This document shows positions 18,403-28,363 of a stretch of DNA of 64,000 bases, piece after piece; positions within the stretch are counted from its first letter, which is position 1, and each line of letters starts with the position of its first letter. The DNA is from Christensenellales bacterium (lineage in GTDB: Bacteria; Bacillota; Clostridia; Christensenellales; UMGS416). A model generated the notes under the pieces. The model saw only the letters and a list, made by a program, of their open reading frames with translations. It had not been told where the DNA came from and made no database searches. The translations under genes were made by a program, and so were the position numbers. The DNA is taken from contig JBMNEH010000001.1 in NCBI GenBank assembly GCA_050948665.1, positions 1,403,813 through 1,467,812 of the forward strand, in the 5' to 3' direction.

Positions 18403-19392
18403 TTACTCCTCCACTCCTCCCAGTACGATTCTGACTCTGGCAGCTCGTTCCTCGTCCTCAAGCATCTCATGCTGTGAAAGCATGGCCAGATGATTCGGCA
18501 TTATCTCCAATAAAAGACGCCTCATTATATTTTCCTTTACATCCAGCCACCCCATATCAGCGGCAAGCCATACTAGGGAAATCCTTTTCCTTGCCTCATT
18601 TAGAGAAATTCGCAGAGTATACCGCAGTATACCATAACTACGAAGGCACCTGTCCATCAATGCCAATCGATTCTTCCGGAGCATGCGTTCGCGAGCGTCT
18701 TCCTCGAAACGAGTGGCTAAATTTACGGCAGCAACAACATCTTCAACAGTCTGCTCTACAGACACCCCCATTGTGCGACTGTTATACAGAATATAAAATC
18801 CCGTTTCATTCGAACCGGGCTCTGCATATGCCGCTTTCATTGCTACAGCATTCTCAGACAGGCGTTCCGCCAGTGGCTTCATACTGCGTGAAGAATATAA
18901 AGCCGGAAGACGAATCATCACAGAGACCCTGGTACCGGTTCCGGTATCCTCTGGCGAGGCCGTCAGCCATCCAAATCGAGAATGTTTGACAAAACAAATA
19001 TCTTTTTCTATTGACTTGCAAAAATTATCCCCGGCAGAGTATAAGGCGAATAAGTCAGCCTCCTCAGCCATACACTGTACTCTGAGGTGATCCATATCAT
19101 GTATATTGACAGCCAGCGACTCATCCTTTTGAAGCAAAAGTCGTTTCCAGGAATCGTGACTTTCTGCCATTCGTTTGCTGATGGAACGTCTTTCAAGAAA
19201 CACACCCCGCTGAATATCGTTTAAATCAGACATAGCGAAAGCCTGGAGACTAGGCAAAGTGACTTTACATGCAGCAGATAACACATCCGCTGTTGACTCT
19301 TTCGTCCTTTCATCCATCGCTGACAGGAAGGGAACCCCTACAATATTCCGAGCAATACGTATGTGATTCGACATAACAAGAGAATCAGTCAT
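18403..19392 (-). CDS. mcsB: Protein arginine kinase McsB
   Basis: Guanido phosphotransferase-like sequence (DMDHLRVQ, SPEDTGTGTRVSV) in the conserved ctsR-mcsA-mcsB-clpC order. Confidence 0.88.
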   Translation of the reverse strand: MTDSLVMSNHIRIARNIVGVPFLSAMDERTKESTADVLSAACKVTLPSLQAFAMSDLNDIQRGVFLERRSISKRMAESHDSWKRLLLQKDESLAVNIHDMDHLRVQCMAEEADLFALYSAGDNFCKSIEKDICFVKHSRFGWLTASPEDTGTGTRVSVMIRLPALYSSRSMKPLAERLSENAVAMKAAYAEPGSNETGFYILYNSRTMGVSVEQTVEDVVAAVNLATRFEEDARERMLRKNRLALMDRCLRSYGILRYTLRISLNEARKRISLVWLAADMGWLDVKENIMRRLLLEIMPNHLAMLSQHEMLEDEERAARVRIVLGGVEE

Positions 19393-19879
19393 TTACTTCT
19401 CCGCTTTCCAGAACTTGAATACAATCACGAATTTTCGCAGCCTCCTCATAATTTTCAGCAGAAATCGCAGCAAGAAGGCGCACTCTTAGTATATCTCCAC
19501 TTACTTCGTCATTTTCCCCTTGTACATTATTGTCGTTGACATGGCGGTTTGCCCCGTGGATTCTGGTCAGTAATGGCAACAGCAAGTCTGAAAATGCATC
19601 GTAACAAGATGGACACCCTAAAGAACCGGATTTTCGATACGCACGGAATCCCGTCCCGCATACCGGACAGGAAACATCTTCACCTTCTTCCCATTTCACT
19701 TCTGTAGCATGAATACCTAACTCTTTCAGCAAATCTTTCAGACCTTCAACGCCCATTACAAAGCCGCCTATCTTTGCGGCACAAGACGGACATAGATAAT
19801 GGTCGGTAACCTGTTTGCCGGTCTGGGATCGTATAAATACATTTGCAGGCCTCTCACCACAAAATTCACAAATCTTCAT
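19385..19879 (-). CDS. mcsA: McsA (UvrB/UvrC-motif protein, McsB activator)
   Basis: Four CxxC zinc-finger pairs, a C-terminal UVR motif (ENYEEAAKIRD), and its operon position. Confidence 0.88.
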   Translation of the reverse strand: MKICEFCGERPANVFIRSQTGKQVTDHYLCPSCAAKIGGFVMGVEGLKDLLKELGIHATEVKWEEGEDVSCPVCGTGFRAYRKSGSLGCPSCYDAFSDLLLPLLTRIHGANRHVNDNNVQGENDEVSGDILRVRLLAAISAENYEEAAKIRDCIQVLESGEVND

Positions 19880-20346
19880 AGCGTTTTTCCTCTTGTAGTA
19901 ATTGAATGCAGCATATTCTTAAGTATTGCCGCACGAATACTGTTTGCTTGTTCTTGAGAAGGGCAATAGTGCAGGTTTACAGCAGCGCGCATCAATACAA
20001 CATCTGAATGTTCCAGGGCACCGCAACGCAAGAGATGCTCCAACAACGATACTGCATCATAAACCTGGATCGTATCTCCTATGCTTTTTATAGCTAATGG
20101 AATGTGTTCCCATGGCATATACTTCACATGTATAATGCGTATAAAACCGTTTCCACCACGTTTACTCTCTACCCGATAGCCCTTCTCGCATGTAAAACGA
20201 GTTGTGAGTACATAATTTACTTGAGACGGAGAGCAGTTAAACTTTCTTGCCAACTCTGTGCGCGAAATCTCAACCAACGAATAGCCTGTATCACACGCAA
20301 GACAATTCAGAAGATACGCTTCTATTTTATCACTGATACCTGCCAT
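19876..20346 (-). CDS. ctsR: Class III heat-shock repressor CtsR
   Basis: ISDKIEAYL..., ELARKFNCSPSQVNYVLTTRFT..., GYRVESKRGGNGFIRI. Start set to the ATG at 20346 (MAGISD), because the longer ORF would cover its own operator. Confidence 0.92.
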   Translation of the reverse strand: MAGISDKIEAYLLNCLACDTGYSLVEISRTELARKFNCSPSQVNYVLTTRFTCEKGYRVESKRGGNGFIRIIHVKYMPWEHIPLAIKSIGDTIQVYDAVSLLEHLLRCGALEHSDVVLMRAAVNLHYCPSQEQANSIRAAILKNMLHSITTRGKTL

Positions 20347-20357
20347 GTCCAACCGCC

Positions 20358-20375
20358 TTTCGACCATCTCTGACC
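20358..20375 (-). promoter_or_regulatory. CtsR operator (tandem heptad repeat)
   Basis: The minus strand reads GGTCAGAGATGGTCGAAA, matching the CtsR box A/GGTCAAANANA/GGTCAAA. It lies directly downstream of the -10. Confidence 0.8.
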
Positions 20376-20378
20376 AAT

Positions 20379-20407
20379 ATTGTACAACATAAATCTCAGT
20401 ATAGCAA
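20379..20407 (-). promoter_or_regulatory. ctsR operon promoter (TTGCTA-17-TACAAT)
   Basis: On the minus strand: TTGCTA (20407-20402), a 17-nt spacer, TACAAT (20384-20379). Confidence 0.7.
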
Positions 20408-20430
20408 CCCTGTTCTTAAAATATTTACAC

Positions 20431-22236
20431 TTAGCTTACGGGTAAACGGTATGTAATATACAATACAGTATCACCTTGTGTATAATGTATGGCAAGTAAA
20501 GCTTCCCCGGTTAAATTTGATGAGAACAAGTCTCCTGATTGAATATAAAGGGCTTCCGATACCGTAAATGTGCTCGTTGAGAATTTCCAAAGAATCATTT
20601 GGTTCTCATCCATCAAAGGAGCATCCCTATAGGAGAGGACATAAAAATCCTCTTTGTTGCTATCCCATATAATATGCATGATATCAGGTATCTCAATTAA
20701 CTCCATCCCGGTCATCGTATGGAGAGAAAATAGCTTCAGGTGGGTTTCAGAAAGGTGAACGCGGATATCCTCACACCAAACAACCACCATGTTTCCTGTT
20801 CCATGACTGATGGCAAATGATGACCCTTCAGTAACCGTTTCATATTCCAACGATGTCACATTTATACGGTATATCCAGCTCTCGGCGTTCATTTCATTGG
20901 ATTTGCAAAAGTACAAATATCCGCCTTCATAATCAAAGCTGCCTTCGTCTGGAAAAATTTCTCTACTCTCCCAACAAAGGCTTCCGGGATTCCGCATATC
21001 AACTCCGCACATAGAGAGCGCCTCGCCCTCCCCCGTTATTGCATAAAGGATTGGTTGATTTCCGTTCCAAGCATATGCTGGAGTATCTACGCCAAATCCT
21101 ATCTCGTCCCCGTTATACAATGTTTTTGTTTCCCTGTCATATACCAATAGGCTTCGGCAAATCTCTGCATAATCCAAGAAAGCGATATACCGACCATCGG
21201 ATGAAAATGTCGCACTCGAAATTAATGAAAACTCTACATCCGGCAATATAGAATCAACTGCGTCCCCTGTCATTATGAACAATTGTTCATAAGTATAGTC
21301 ACTACCGTCATCCAGCTTATTAATCCTTGAAAAAAGACAACTGTTTCCGTCAGGGGACCAAGCAAGAAAACGCCCGTTATTTATAAATGTATCCCCTGAG
21401 CATGTAGTTCCATCGGGAAAAACGGCAATCCCCGATACTGTGTCAGCAAAATCAGCATCAATTTCCCAAGTAGGAAGGCTACCACTTGCGATACAAGTTA
21501 CTACCGGCAAAGCGTCAGGCATTAGTTTTGACAAGGAAGATGACTGTGTTTCTAAAAATTTCCCGGCTTCATCTCTGGTTTCAAAGCGGTTTGACAGCAA
21601 AACCGCATTAACTCCGTCAATGCAGAGACTTGGGGAAAAACCCATATTCGCTAAATCGGTATTTATCGGATATAGGCCTGTGTCATTTATCTGTACATAC
21701 CAGCCATCTCCAAGGGTCGCATCTTCTGGATCCGAAGTTGCTTCGAGCTGCAAGTTGTCCTCATTTTCGGTCAATCTAAGCGTACAATGCTCTTTTAGGT
21801 GAATGATCAAGAGCATTTCAACATCTCCGTTTTTAGGAAGAATGTGAAAAACCGCCTGCACCCTGTCATCCATGCCCCTTATCCCTCGTTGAGGGAAACT
21901 GGCAGATGTGACGTTATCTAAACGCAAAATTATCCGGTCCAATCCTTCAACATAAGTGACCTTGTACGCAGGCAGAGTCTTCACAGGTGTAATATCTCCA
22001 CTTTGTGATGTGTTATAAAAGTACAGCGATATGTAACTACGCTCATCTCCATTCTCAATAGAAACGTCACCAAGATCCATTTGTTCCAAGACGTGACCAC
22101 TTTCCGGTGTGGCCTCTAACGGCATTGCTGCAGCGGTTTCAATTTGTGGCACGGCAACAGAGTATTCGGAACATCCGGAAATAAGCAGGCAGGCTATAAC
22201 GAGCAACACACTACTACGGACAAGTATATTATCCAT
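20431..22236 (-). CDS. Lipoprotein with a TolB/PD40-like beta-propeller C-terminal half; function unknown
   Basis: Lipobox LLISGC after a hydrophobic signal. The C-terminal half has repeated SPDG/SSDGRYIAF-type segments typical of WD40-like beta-propeller repeats. Confidence 0.6.
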   Translation of the reverse strand: MDNILVRSSVLLVIACLLISGCSEYSVAVPQIETAAAMPLEATPESGHVLEQMDLGDVSIENGDERSYISLYFYNTSQSGDITPVKTLPAYKVTYVEGLDRIILRLDNVTSASFPQRGIRGMDDRVQAVFHILPKNGDVEMLLIIHLKEHCTLRLTENEDNLQLEATSDPEDATLGDGWYVQINDTGLYPINTDLANMGFSPSLCIDGVNAVLLSNRFETRDEAGKFLETQSSSLSKLMPDALPVVTCIASGSLPTWEIDADFADTVSGIAVFPDGTTCSGDTFINNGRFLAWSPDGNSCLFSRINKLDDGSDYTYEQLFIMTGDAVDSILPDVEFSLISSATFSSDGRYIAFLDYAEICRSLLVYDRETKTLYNGDEIGFGVDTPAYAWNGNQPILYAITGEGEALSMCGVDMRNPGSLCWESREIFPDEGSFDYEGGYLYFCKSNEMNAESWIYRINVTSLEYETVTEGSSFAISHGTGNMVVVWCEDIRVHLSETHLKLFSLHTMTGMELIEIPDIMHIIWDSNKEDFYVLSYRDAPLMDENQMILWKFSTSTFTVSEALYIQSGDLFSSNLTGEALLAIHYTQGDTVLYITYRLPVS

Positions 22237-23527
22237 TTACACCTCCACCTGCATACAATCTCTCAATGCATTTTTTGTAACCCGAAAGGATGTAATCCAA
22301 GTCAATTGTTTTCAGTTCTCCATCCTCGGCAAGAATATTTCCGTCAACCATAGTCATCCGGATGTCATTCCTGTTTCCGCTATACAGCAGTTGGTGCTCC
22401 GGTTGGGCAATATAGGGCATATAATATAATCCTTGCCTGGATACACGAATCATATCTGCTCTTTTCCCCGGAGCTAATGTACCTATACAGTCACCAAGTC
22501 CGATTGCAGTCGCACTATCTCGGGTGGCCATTGCAAGCGTCTCCATTGCATCCATCACCTCAGGTCGTTTTAAAAATCCTTTCGAAAGAAGAGATGCGAG
22601 GGAAGCTTCTTCCAACATATCAACGTTGTTGTTAGATGCGACTCCGTCTGTTCCCAATCCAACAGTAATACCGCTATCGCGCATCTTGGCAACCGGTGAG
22701 ATACCGCTACCCAATTTCAAATTTGAGGAAGGACAATGCGCCACCGCTACACTATACCTCTTCATAAGCTCTAAGTCTCCAGGGCGGAGATCTACACAAT
22801 GCGCCGCTACCACAGGATTATCCAAAACTCCAAGCTGCGCCAGATAAGCAAAGGGCGTGCAACCGTTCTGCGCCAGGCAATCTTCCACTTCCTTCGTAGT
22901 TTCAGAAACATGAATGTGCACTCCGACTCCAAGCCTATTCGCAATTTCACCACCGCGCCGTAACTCTGGTCCGGTTTTCGTATAAATCGAATGTAATCCC
23001 ATACAGATGCGAATACGACCTTCCGCTGCGCCATCCCAGTCCCGCACTAATCTCGCAGCATAAGCTTCATCCAAAGTATGTATGGAGCACAATCGTCCTC
23101 GCATACCTGACTCTGCCAACGCTTTTGCAGTTTCCGGCTCGAAATTATACATATCATTAAAGCATGTTGTGCCGGATAGCAACATTTCTGCGATGCCAAT
23201 CATGCTACCAAAGTACACATCCTCGGGCAACAATTTCTCTTCTATTGGGAATATATAGTTATACAACCAATCCTGCAGGTTCTTCCCACTGCCATACCCT
23301 CGGAAAAGCGTCATAGCAGTATGCGCATGCGCATTTACAAATCCGGGCATCAATATGTCTCCCTGACAGTCTACAATCCTATCAGGGTTAAACTTCGGCG
23401 GAGCGCATGCACCGTTCCCTACATATATTATCTCTGATCCATCTATTTGTACTATGCCTTTATCATAGCATGACAGCGCAGAATCCATCGACAGAATAAA
23501 GGCATTATAAAACAGGTATTTCATCAT
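22229..23527 (-). CDS. mtaD: Amidohydrolase, 5-methylthioadenosine/S-adenosylhomocysteine deaminase-like
   Basis: PGFVNAHAHTAMT metal-binding motif, with HxH...H...D amidohydrolase architecture resembling the MtaD/chlorohydrolase subgroup. Start set to the ATG at 23527 behind AGGAGAG. Confidence 0.75.
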   Translation of the reverse strand: MMKYLFYNAFILSMDSALSCYDKGIVQIDGSEIIYVGNGACAPPKFNPDRIVDCQGDILMPGFVNAHAHTAMTLFRGYGSGKNLQDWLYNYIFPIEEKLLPEDVYFGSMIGIAEMLLSGTTCFNDMYNFEPETAKALAESGMRGRLCSIHTLDEAYAARLVRDWDGAAEGRIRICMGLHSIYTKTGPELRRGGEIANRLGVGVHIHVSETTKEVEDCLAQNGCTPFAYLAQLGVLDNPVVAAHCVDLRPGDLELMKRYSVAVAHCPSSNLKLGSGISPVAKMRDSGITVGLGTDGVASNNNVDMLEEASLASLLSKGFLKRPEVMDAMETLAMATRDSATAIGLGDCIGTLAPGKRADMIRVSRQGLYYMPYIAQPEHQLLYSGNRNDIRMTMVDGNILAEDGELKTIDLDYILSGYKKCIERLYAGGGVNG

Positions 23528-24093
23528 TAAACTCTCCTGAGATAAGTCGCCAATTAATATTTTATCAAAAAGATGAAACAATATTATGAATAGATATGAC
23601 ATAATTGTGGCACAAAACGAACAATTCCATGGTATTTCATCTAGTAGATTAATTGGATTGCAGTCCGCTCTTTATCTAAAGAATGTCTTTTTAAAACACG
23701 CTGCGTCAAGAAATGGAGCTATAAACTATAGTTATGCACTTTTCTTGTTATTATGAATATATCAATTCTAGAAGGTCCATAAGCATATTATCGGACTTTC
23801 TTCAAAACAACCAAAAGCCATGCCCTTTTCTGAAGTTTATTTTTAACTTTCTAAAAGCCACTATCCGCAAATGGTCATGCTACGGCAACAGCAGCCTGCA
23901 TTTTGTATATATTAATACATTGCGAATGCATAACTAAACTGTCATTTCGATCCCGAACATTTTGCTCTGACGATCTAGCCGCGCAAAAGCACAACTTGAA
24001 CAGTAAAAAACTTGTTATCAATCTCCTCTTGCACAAAATATATGCTTTGTAGATTTCAAGGATAACCAAATTTAAAATTTACTTTTAATCTTA

Positions 24094-24124
24094 AACCTCC
24101 CGGCTTGTGATGTGCCGGGAGGTT
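24094..24124 (-). terminator. GC-rich hairpin downstream of aspS (candidate operon terminator)
   Basis: AACCTCCCGGC / GCCGGGAGGTT, an 11-bp stem with a 9-nt loop, 47 nt after the aspS stop. The trailing U-run is weak (UAAGAUU). Confidence 0.5.
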
Positions 24125-24170
24125 ATATCTAACGATATGCACAAAACCGCTACATCGCGTGTTCCGTTCA

Positions 24171-25457
24171 TTAAGGTGTAATTCGATTGGGGCCTCTGAA
24201 TAAGAAGGATGCCTCTTTAATACCAAGATCAAACATCAACATTGTAAGTCGATCGATGCCCATACCAAACCCTCCATGGGGCGGACATCCGTAACGGAAA
24301 AAATCCAGATAGAACTTAACATCCTCCTCAAGCCCCTTATCGTGTGCCTGCTGCTTGAGAATATTATATCGATGCTCGCGCTGGGCGCCGGTTGTGATCT
24401 CAGTACCCCGCCATATCAAATCATAACCTTGTGGCACACCATCTTTACGCATATGATAGAAAGCCCGTTTGTCCTTGGGATAGTCTGTAATAAACAAGAA
24501 TTCATGCTGATACGCGTCCATGGAGAATTGATAGCTCAGTTTTTCTGCTTCTGCCGACAAATCCACCTTCTCCTCTTGCCCTACCTTATAGCCGTAACGA
24601 GCCTCAAGTTCCTTATATAGATCCTCCAACCTAATGGTGGGGAAAGGTATTGTTGGCACAGTTACTGGCAATCCGAAAAGTGTTTCAATCTCATTGCCGT
24701 ATTTCTCCTTAACTCCCTTTAGCATGGCAAGTAACATGTCCTGTTGGAAACACATTACGTCTTCAAAACTTTCTATATAGGATATTTCTATATCGAAGCT
24801 TGTAAATTCAGTGGCATGTCGATGTGTAAAAGACTTTTCGGCACGAAAAACCGGAGCGACTTCAAAGACTCTTTCAAGCCCTGCAGCCATTGCCATTTGT
24901 TTATAGAACTGGGGGCTCTGCGCCAGATAGGCTTTTCTGTCGAAGTACGTCAACTCAAATACATCAGCTCCGCTCTCGCTTGCTGCACCAATAAGCTTTG
25001 GTGAGTGTATTTCTATAAAGCCATGTTTCAGCACATGCTGACGAAGTAATGCCACCATCTCAGTCTGCACCTTCATCATCAACACGTTCTTATCCGTCCG
25101 CAAATCTATCCAGCGGTAATCCATTCGAGTATCAATATTTGCGCCTGGAGCAATAGGAAGCGGTTCCGAAAGCGAATCAATGGTAATATCATCCGGAATC
25201 AGCTCCCGTTGACCCATTTTTACGTATTCGCTGGCTACTACTAAGCCTTTTACGGAAATAACAGAACCAATGGTTATTCTGTCCACAACTTCAACGAGCG
25301 ACGGATTCTTCTCTTTTTCCAGCGTAATTTGTATACGTCCGGACACATCTTTAAGAACGATAAAGGCCATTTTCTTTCGATTTCGTAGATTTTCTACAAA
25401 CCCACGAACCAATTGTGTTTTTCCGTTTGTCAAATTACAACAGAGTACTCGTTCCAT
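24171..25457 (-). CDS. aspS: Aspartate--tRNA ligase, archaeal/type-2 form (probably non-discriminating)
   Basis: 428 aa with an N-terminal OB fold, class II motifs (FRAEKSFTHRHATEF, GGFGMGIDRL), and a characteristic C-terminal RGPNRITP. Much shorter than bacterial-type AspRS. Confidence 0.85.
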   Translation of the reverse strand: MERVLCCNLTNGKTQLVRGFVENLRNRKKMAFIVLKDVSGRIQITLEKEKNPSLVEVVDRITIGSVISVKGLVVASEYVKMGQRELIPDDITIDSLSEPLPIAPGANIDTRMDYRWIDLRTDKNVLMMKVQTEMVALLRQHVLKHGFIEIHSPKLIGAASESGADVFELTYFDRKAYLAQSPQFYKQMAMAAGLERVFEVAPVFRAEKSFTHRHATEFTSFDIEISYIESFEDVMCFQQDMLLAMLKGVKEKYGNEIETLFGLPVTVPTIPFPTIRLEDLYKELEARYGYKVGQEEKVDLSAEAEKLSYQFSMDAYQHEFLFITDYPKDKRAFYHMRKDGVPQGYDLIWRGTEITTGAQREHRYNILKQQAHDKGLEEDVKFYLDFFRYGCPPHGGFGMGIDRLTMLMFDLGIKEASFLFRGPNRITP

Positions 25458-25498
25458 ATTCTTTAACTTCCTTATTTTAAATTTGTGTTATTTGGTTA

Positions 25499-26521
25499 CT
25501 AAGCCATTGTCGCCAGCATCGACAATGTCACTTCACAGTCGCAGGGAATCTGAGCATGTACCTTCTCAGCTGCATCTATCATAAAATGTGCCAGTCGCTG
25601 ACATTCACGTCCGCTGCTACCTGCCATATGCGGTGTAATGAAAATATTCGGTTGCTGTAGGAGAGGGCCGTCCTGTACAGGAGGTTCTGGATCTGTCACG
25701 TCAAGAATTGCTACCCGCATCGGCTCCTCCTGCATGATTCGTATTAAATCTGCTTCGACAACCTGAGCACCTCGTCCGGTGTTTATAAAAACGCCGTTTG
25801 CAGGCAAGTTCCGCAATACATCATAACAAAGCAAGCCTCGAAGTTCTTCTTTGTTTGCAAGATGGTTTGTGACAATATCACATGAGATTACCCCTTCCAA
25901 CGATGTAAGAGAGACGCCCATAGACTTCGCTTTATCTTCGGAAAGGTACGGATCATAGACCTTAATCAGAACCTCGTTGCTATCATACAGCATCGCTTTT
26001 AAGGAATGAATCACTCCGCTGCCTATGGCACCAGCGCCCAAAACCCCAACAGTTATCCCATAATTCCCGGGCATGGTACCGGCAATCTTTCCGGCTTTCC
26101 GATAGTCAACCCGCGTTAAATCAATGCTGTGAAAAAAACCTTTTGCTGCCAGCAGTATCTCGGACACGGTCCACTGTATAACTGAAATTCCATTCGCTTT
26201 CCAAGCGCTGAATACTCGTATGCCTCGCTCAAGAAAGGGGCGGGCAAAGGATTGAACCGTGCCTGCAGCATAAAATACAGCCTGCAGTTTTGGCATATAC
26301 CTATCAATCTCCTCTCCAGTGAATGACGGCATTCCCCAGGTGGAAAACGCGAACACTACCTCTGAAAGGACTTCTCTGCAAGCCTCAATATTCTGTTGCC
26401 CAATGGGAGTAGGATAAAGGTCTGTAAACTGTGAAACACGCTCAATTACCCCCGGCGCAAATACGCGATTAAGGTTCTTATCATTCCCCTCTGAAGAAAA
26501 GAGAACTGTCTTGATTTTCAT
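25499..26521 (-). CDS. D-isomer-specific 2-hydroxyacid dehydrogenase family protein
   Basis: NAD-binding GVLGAGAIGSGV, a later RG...D motif (NTGRGAQVVEADL), and a C-terminal TPHMAGSS. Its start overlaps the upstream FAD gene by 41 nt and has its own GGAGG RBS. Confidence 0.8.
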   Translation of the reverse strand: MKIKTVLFSSEGNDKNLNRVFAPGVIERVSQFTDLYPTPIGQQNIEACREVLSEVVFAFSTWGMPSFTGEEIDRYMPKLQAVFYAAGTVQSFARPFLERGIRVFSAWKANGISVIQWTVSEILLAAKGFFHSIDLTRVDYRKAGKIAGTMPGNYGITVGVLGAGAIGSGVIHSLKAMLYDSNEVLIKVYDPYLSEDKAKSMGVSLTSLEGVISCDIVTNHLANKEELRGLLCYDVLRNLPANGVFINTGRGAQVVEADLIRIMQEEPMRVAILDVTDPEPPVQDGPLLQQPNIFITPHMAGSSGRECQRLAHFMIDAAEKVHAQIPCDCEVTLSMLATMA

Positions 26522-28355
26522 TATATACCTTACCTCCGAATACTTTCATATCTCGAAAATCCCGCCATACATTCTCGAACCAATCCTCGCTTTTCGGAAT
26601 AGGACGAACCGGCACACATGCTGCCCCCACTCCCGGCGTATAAACCACTGCCTTATTTCCTTCCATTTCCGCCATAGCCAACAAAGAGGACACTACCGCT
26701 ACCATTACAGCGGTAATTTCTCTGGCTTCAGCTAATTCTTCCGGAGTCGCCAAGCATTCGCCGCTTTCAATTAATACCTGGTTGCTCTTTAGGTTTTGTA
26801 GAAAGGATTTTAGCTCTTCCTGCTTGGGATCAACAGAAGCTAAAGCGGACATCTCTTCCCTTTGCTTTGTCAGGATATCCGAAGCATACACGGCTCTTGA
26901 TGTTTGTGTAACAGTTGGAAGCAATACTCTACGTGCCTTCTTCAAAGAATCTGCTGCATTGATCATAAATTGATTTATATCTGGAGGAACCAACTCACCG
27001 TGGTACAAAATATGCTGTGCAACTCGAAGACTTCCGCACTGTGTCTCATTCAAAGCACTGCCACCCGGACGGTACATTCCGAATACACCGGCACATTCCC
27101 CGGCAGCATAAAGACCGGGAAGACTTGTGCGCCACCATTCGTCTACCCATAAGCCGCCGTTCTGATGCTGTGCATTCACAGCGATTTCCAGAGAATCCTT
27201 CATCAAATCCAAACCATTCCTTTTGTAAAAGGCAACAGCATCGGGATTCATTTTCATAAGACGGTCAATCGGAATATCTGCTATACAGCCGGAGTTCTGC
27301 CAATATTCTACAGCTTCCGCCGGAAGAGGCATAAAATCATATCGCATACCGGCGGGATTTGACCGAAAGTCCATAAAAACCCTACGTCCGGCTACTATCT
27401 CGTTGCTAACAGCAATATCTATCAAAGAAGAACCATCAACACCCGTTTTTCTCTTATCAAAAGGCCATTGATAGCCTTTAAGAAAAATAGCTCGCAACAT
27501 AGCAGTTTCACTTGTGAAATAACGTGTCAGAAAATATTCGCGGTTATTCCCGTCCCGGTCGGTAGAGTAGTATGCCGGTATTACCTGTTGATAAGAGCCA
27601 GATAGATTCCACCGAACTGCCACTGAACCCAATCCAAACTGCCAATATTGCAGATTATTACCCTTTGCGCCAGCCCGAAGAGCATGACCGAGACCGCCGC
27701 TTTGGCTTTTAGGATATACAGTATGCAGGTAGACATTCGCAGAGCCACCTGTACACAAAACCACCTGGGAAGCAGCAATCACAAGAGGCTTTTCTTCTTC
27801 CTGTATGAAAAGTGCGCCCAGTACTCTTCCATGATTGTCCTGTAAAAGCGAGGCAAGTGTAACGCAATCTACAAAACGCACCCCTACTTCCCTACATGCT
27901 TTTAATAACGCCTGACCCATATAGCGGCTGGTCAAAGGGCCTGCAGAAGTAGCCCTTCTTCTAGGATCATGATCTGTCTTGTACCCTGTATATTGCCCAT
28001 ATGCATCGTGAGGAAAAGGTACACCCAACTGAACAAGCTTATAAAAACCACGTAATGACAAAGCCGCCAACACCAATGCATGATCACCCTGCATGCCCTC
28101 GCCAGAAAAAAACGTATCTGCCAAATCAGCAATACTGTCTCTCTCGCTTCCCTGTATAGATAGCTTATAGTATGTCTGCTTATCGCTACCGGCATCAAAT
28201 GAAGCGCCTCCCCCTAAGGAAGCGGTTGCCAAACACACATCATGTCCTTTAGATGCCAGCTCATGTGCAGCGTTTAATCCAGCTGCACCTGACCCAATAA
28301 CAAGTGTTGCCGCGGAAATTATATTTTCCAATTTGCAATTATACATTGTATTCAT
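26481..28355 (-). CDS. FAD-dependent oxidoreductase of the fumarate reductase / succinate dehydrogenase / L-aspartate oxidase flavoprotein superfamily
   Basis: N-terminal dinucleotide motif VIGSGAAGLNAA and a late FAD motif LYAAGECAGVFGMYRPGGSALN, 624 aa. No adjacent Fe-S or membrane subunits. Confidence 0.75.
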   Translation of the reverse strand: MNTMYNCKLENIISAATLVIGSGAAGLNAAHELASKGHDVCLATASLGGGASFDAGSDKQTYYKLSIQGSERDSIADLADTFFSGEGMQGDHALVLAALSLRGFYKLVQLGVPFPHDAYGQYTGYKTDHDPRRRATSAGPLTSRYMGQALLKACREVGVRFVDCVTLASLLQDNHGRVLGALFIQEEEKPLVIAASQVVLCTGGSANVYLHTVYPKSQSGGLGHALRAGAKGNNLQYWQFGLGSVAVRWNLSGSYQQVIPAYYSTDRDGNNREYFLTRYFTSETAMLRAIFLKGYQWPFDKRKTGVDGSSLIDIAVSNEIVAGRRVFMDFRSNPAGMRYDFMPLPAEAVEYWQNSGCIADIPIDRLMKMNPDAVAFYKRNGLDLMKDSLEIAVNAQHQNGGLWVDEWWRTSLPGLYAAGECAGVFGMYRPGGSALNETQCGSLRVAQHILYHGELVPPDINQFMINAADSLKKARRVLLPTVTQTSRAVYASDILTKQREEMSALASVDPKQEELKSFLQNLKSNQVLIESGECLATPEELAEAREITAVMVAVVSSLLAMAEMEGNKAVVYTPGVGAACVPVRPIPKSEDWFENVWRDFRDMKVFGGKVYNENQDSSLFFRGE

Positions 28356-28363
28356 TAAATATC

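Noticed and set aside
18403-18470. N-terminal extensions in the ORF track for clpC and for several other genes (lexA 4585, ctsR 20367, hutP-like 34896, pheS 44069, tgt 63715, dtd 52158, OYE-like 30480)
   Set aside because: In each case the extension covers an upstream gene end, an operator or promoter, or a T-box terminator. An internal start with a clear GGAGG-type RBS reproduces the conserved family N-terminus.
21275-21290. A perfect 16-nt palindrome ATGAACAATTGTTCAT containing an ideal GAAC-N4-GTTC SOS box
   Set aside because: It lies deep inside the lipoprotein coding sequence with no promoter nearby. A single intragenic match to a short palindromic consensus is expected by chance. It is only worth revisiting if LexA ChIP data exist.
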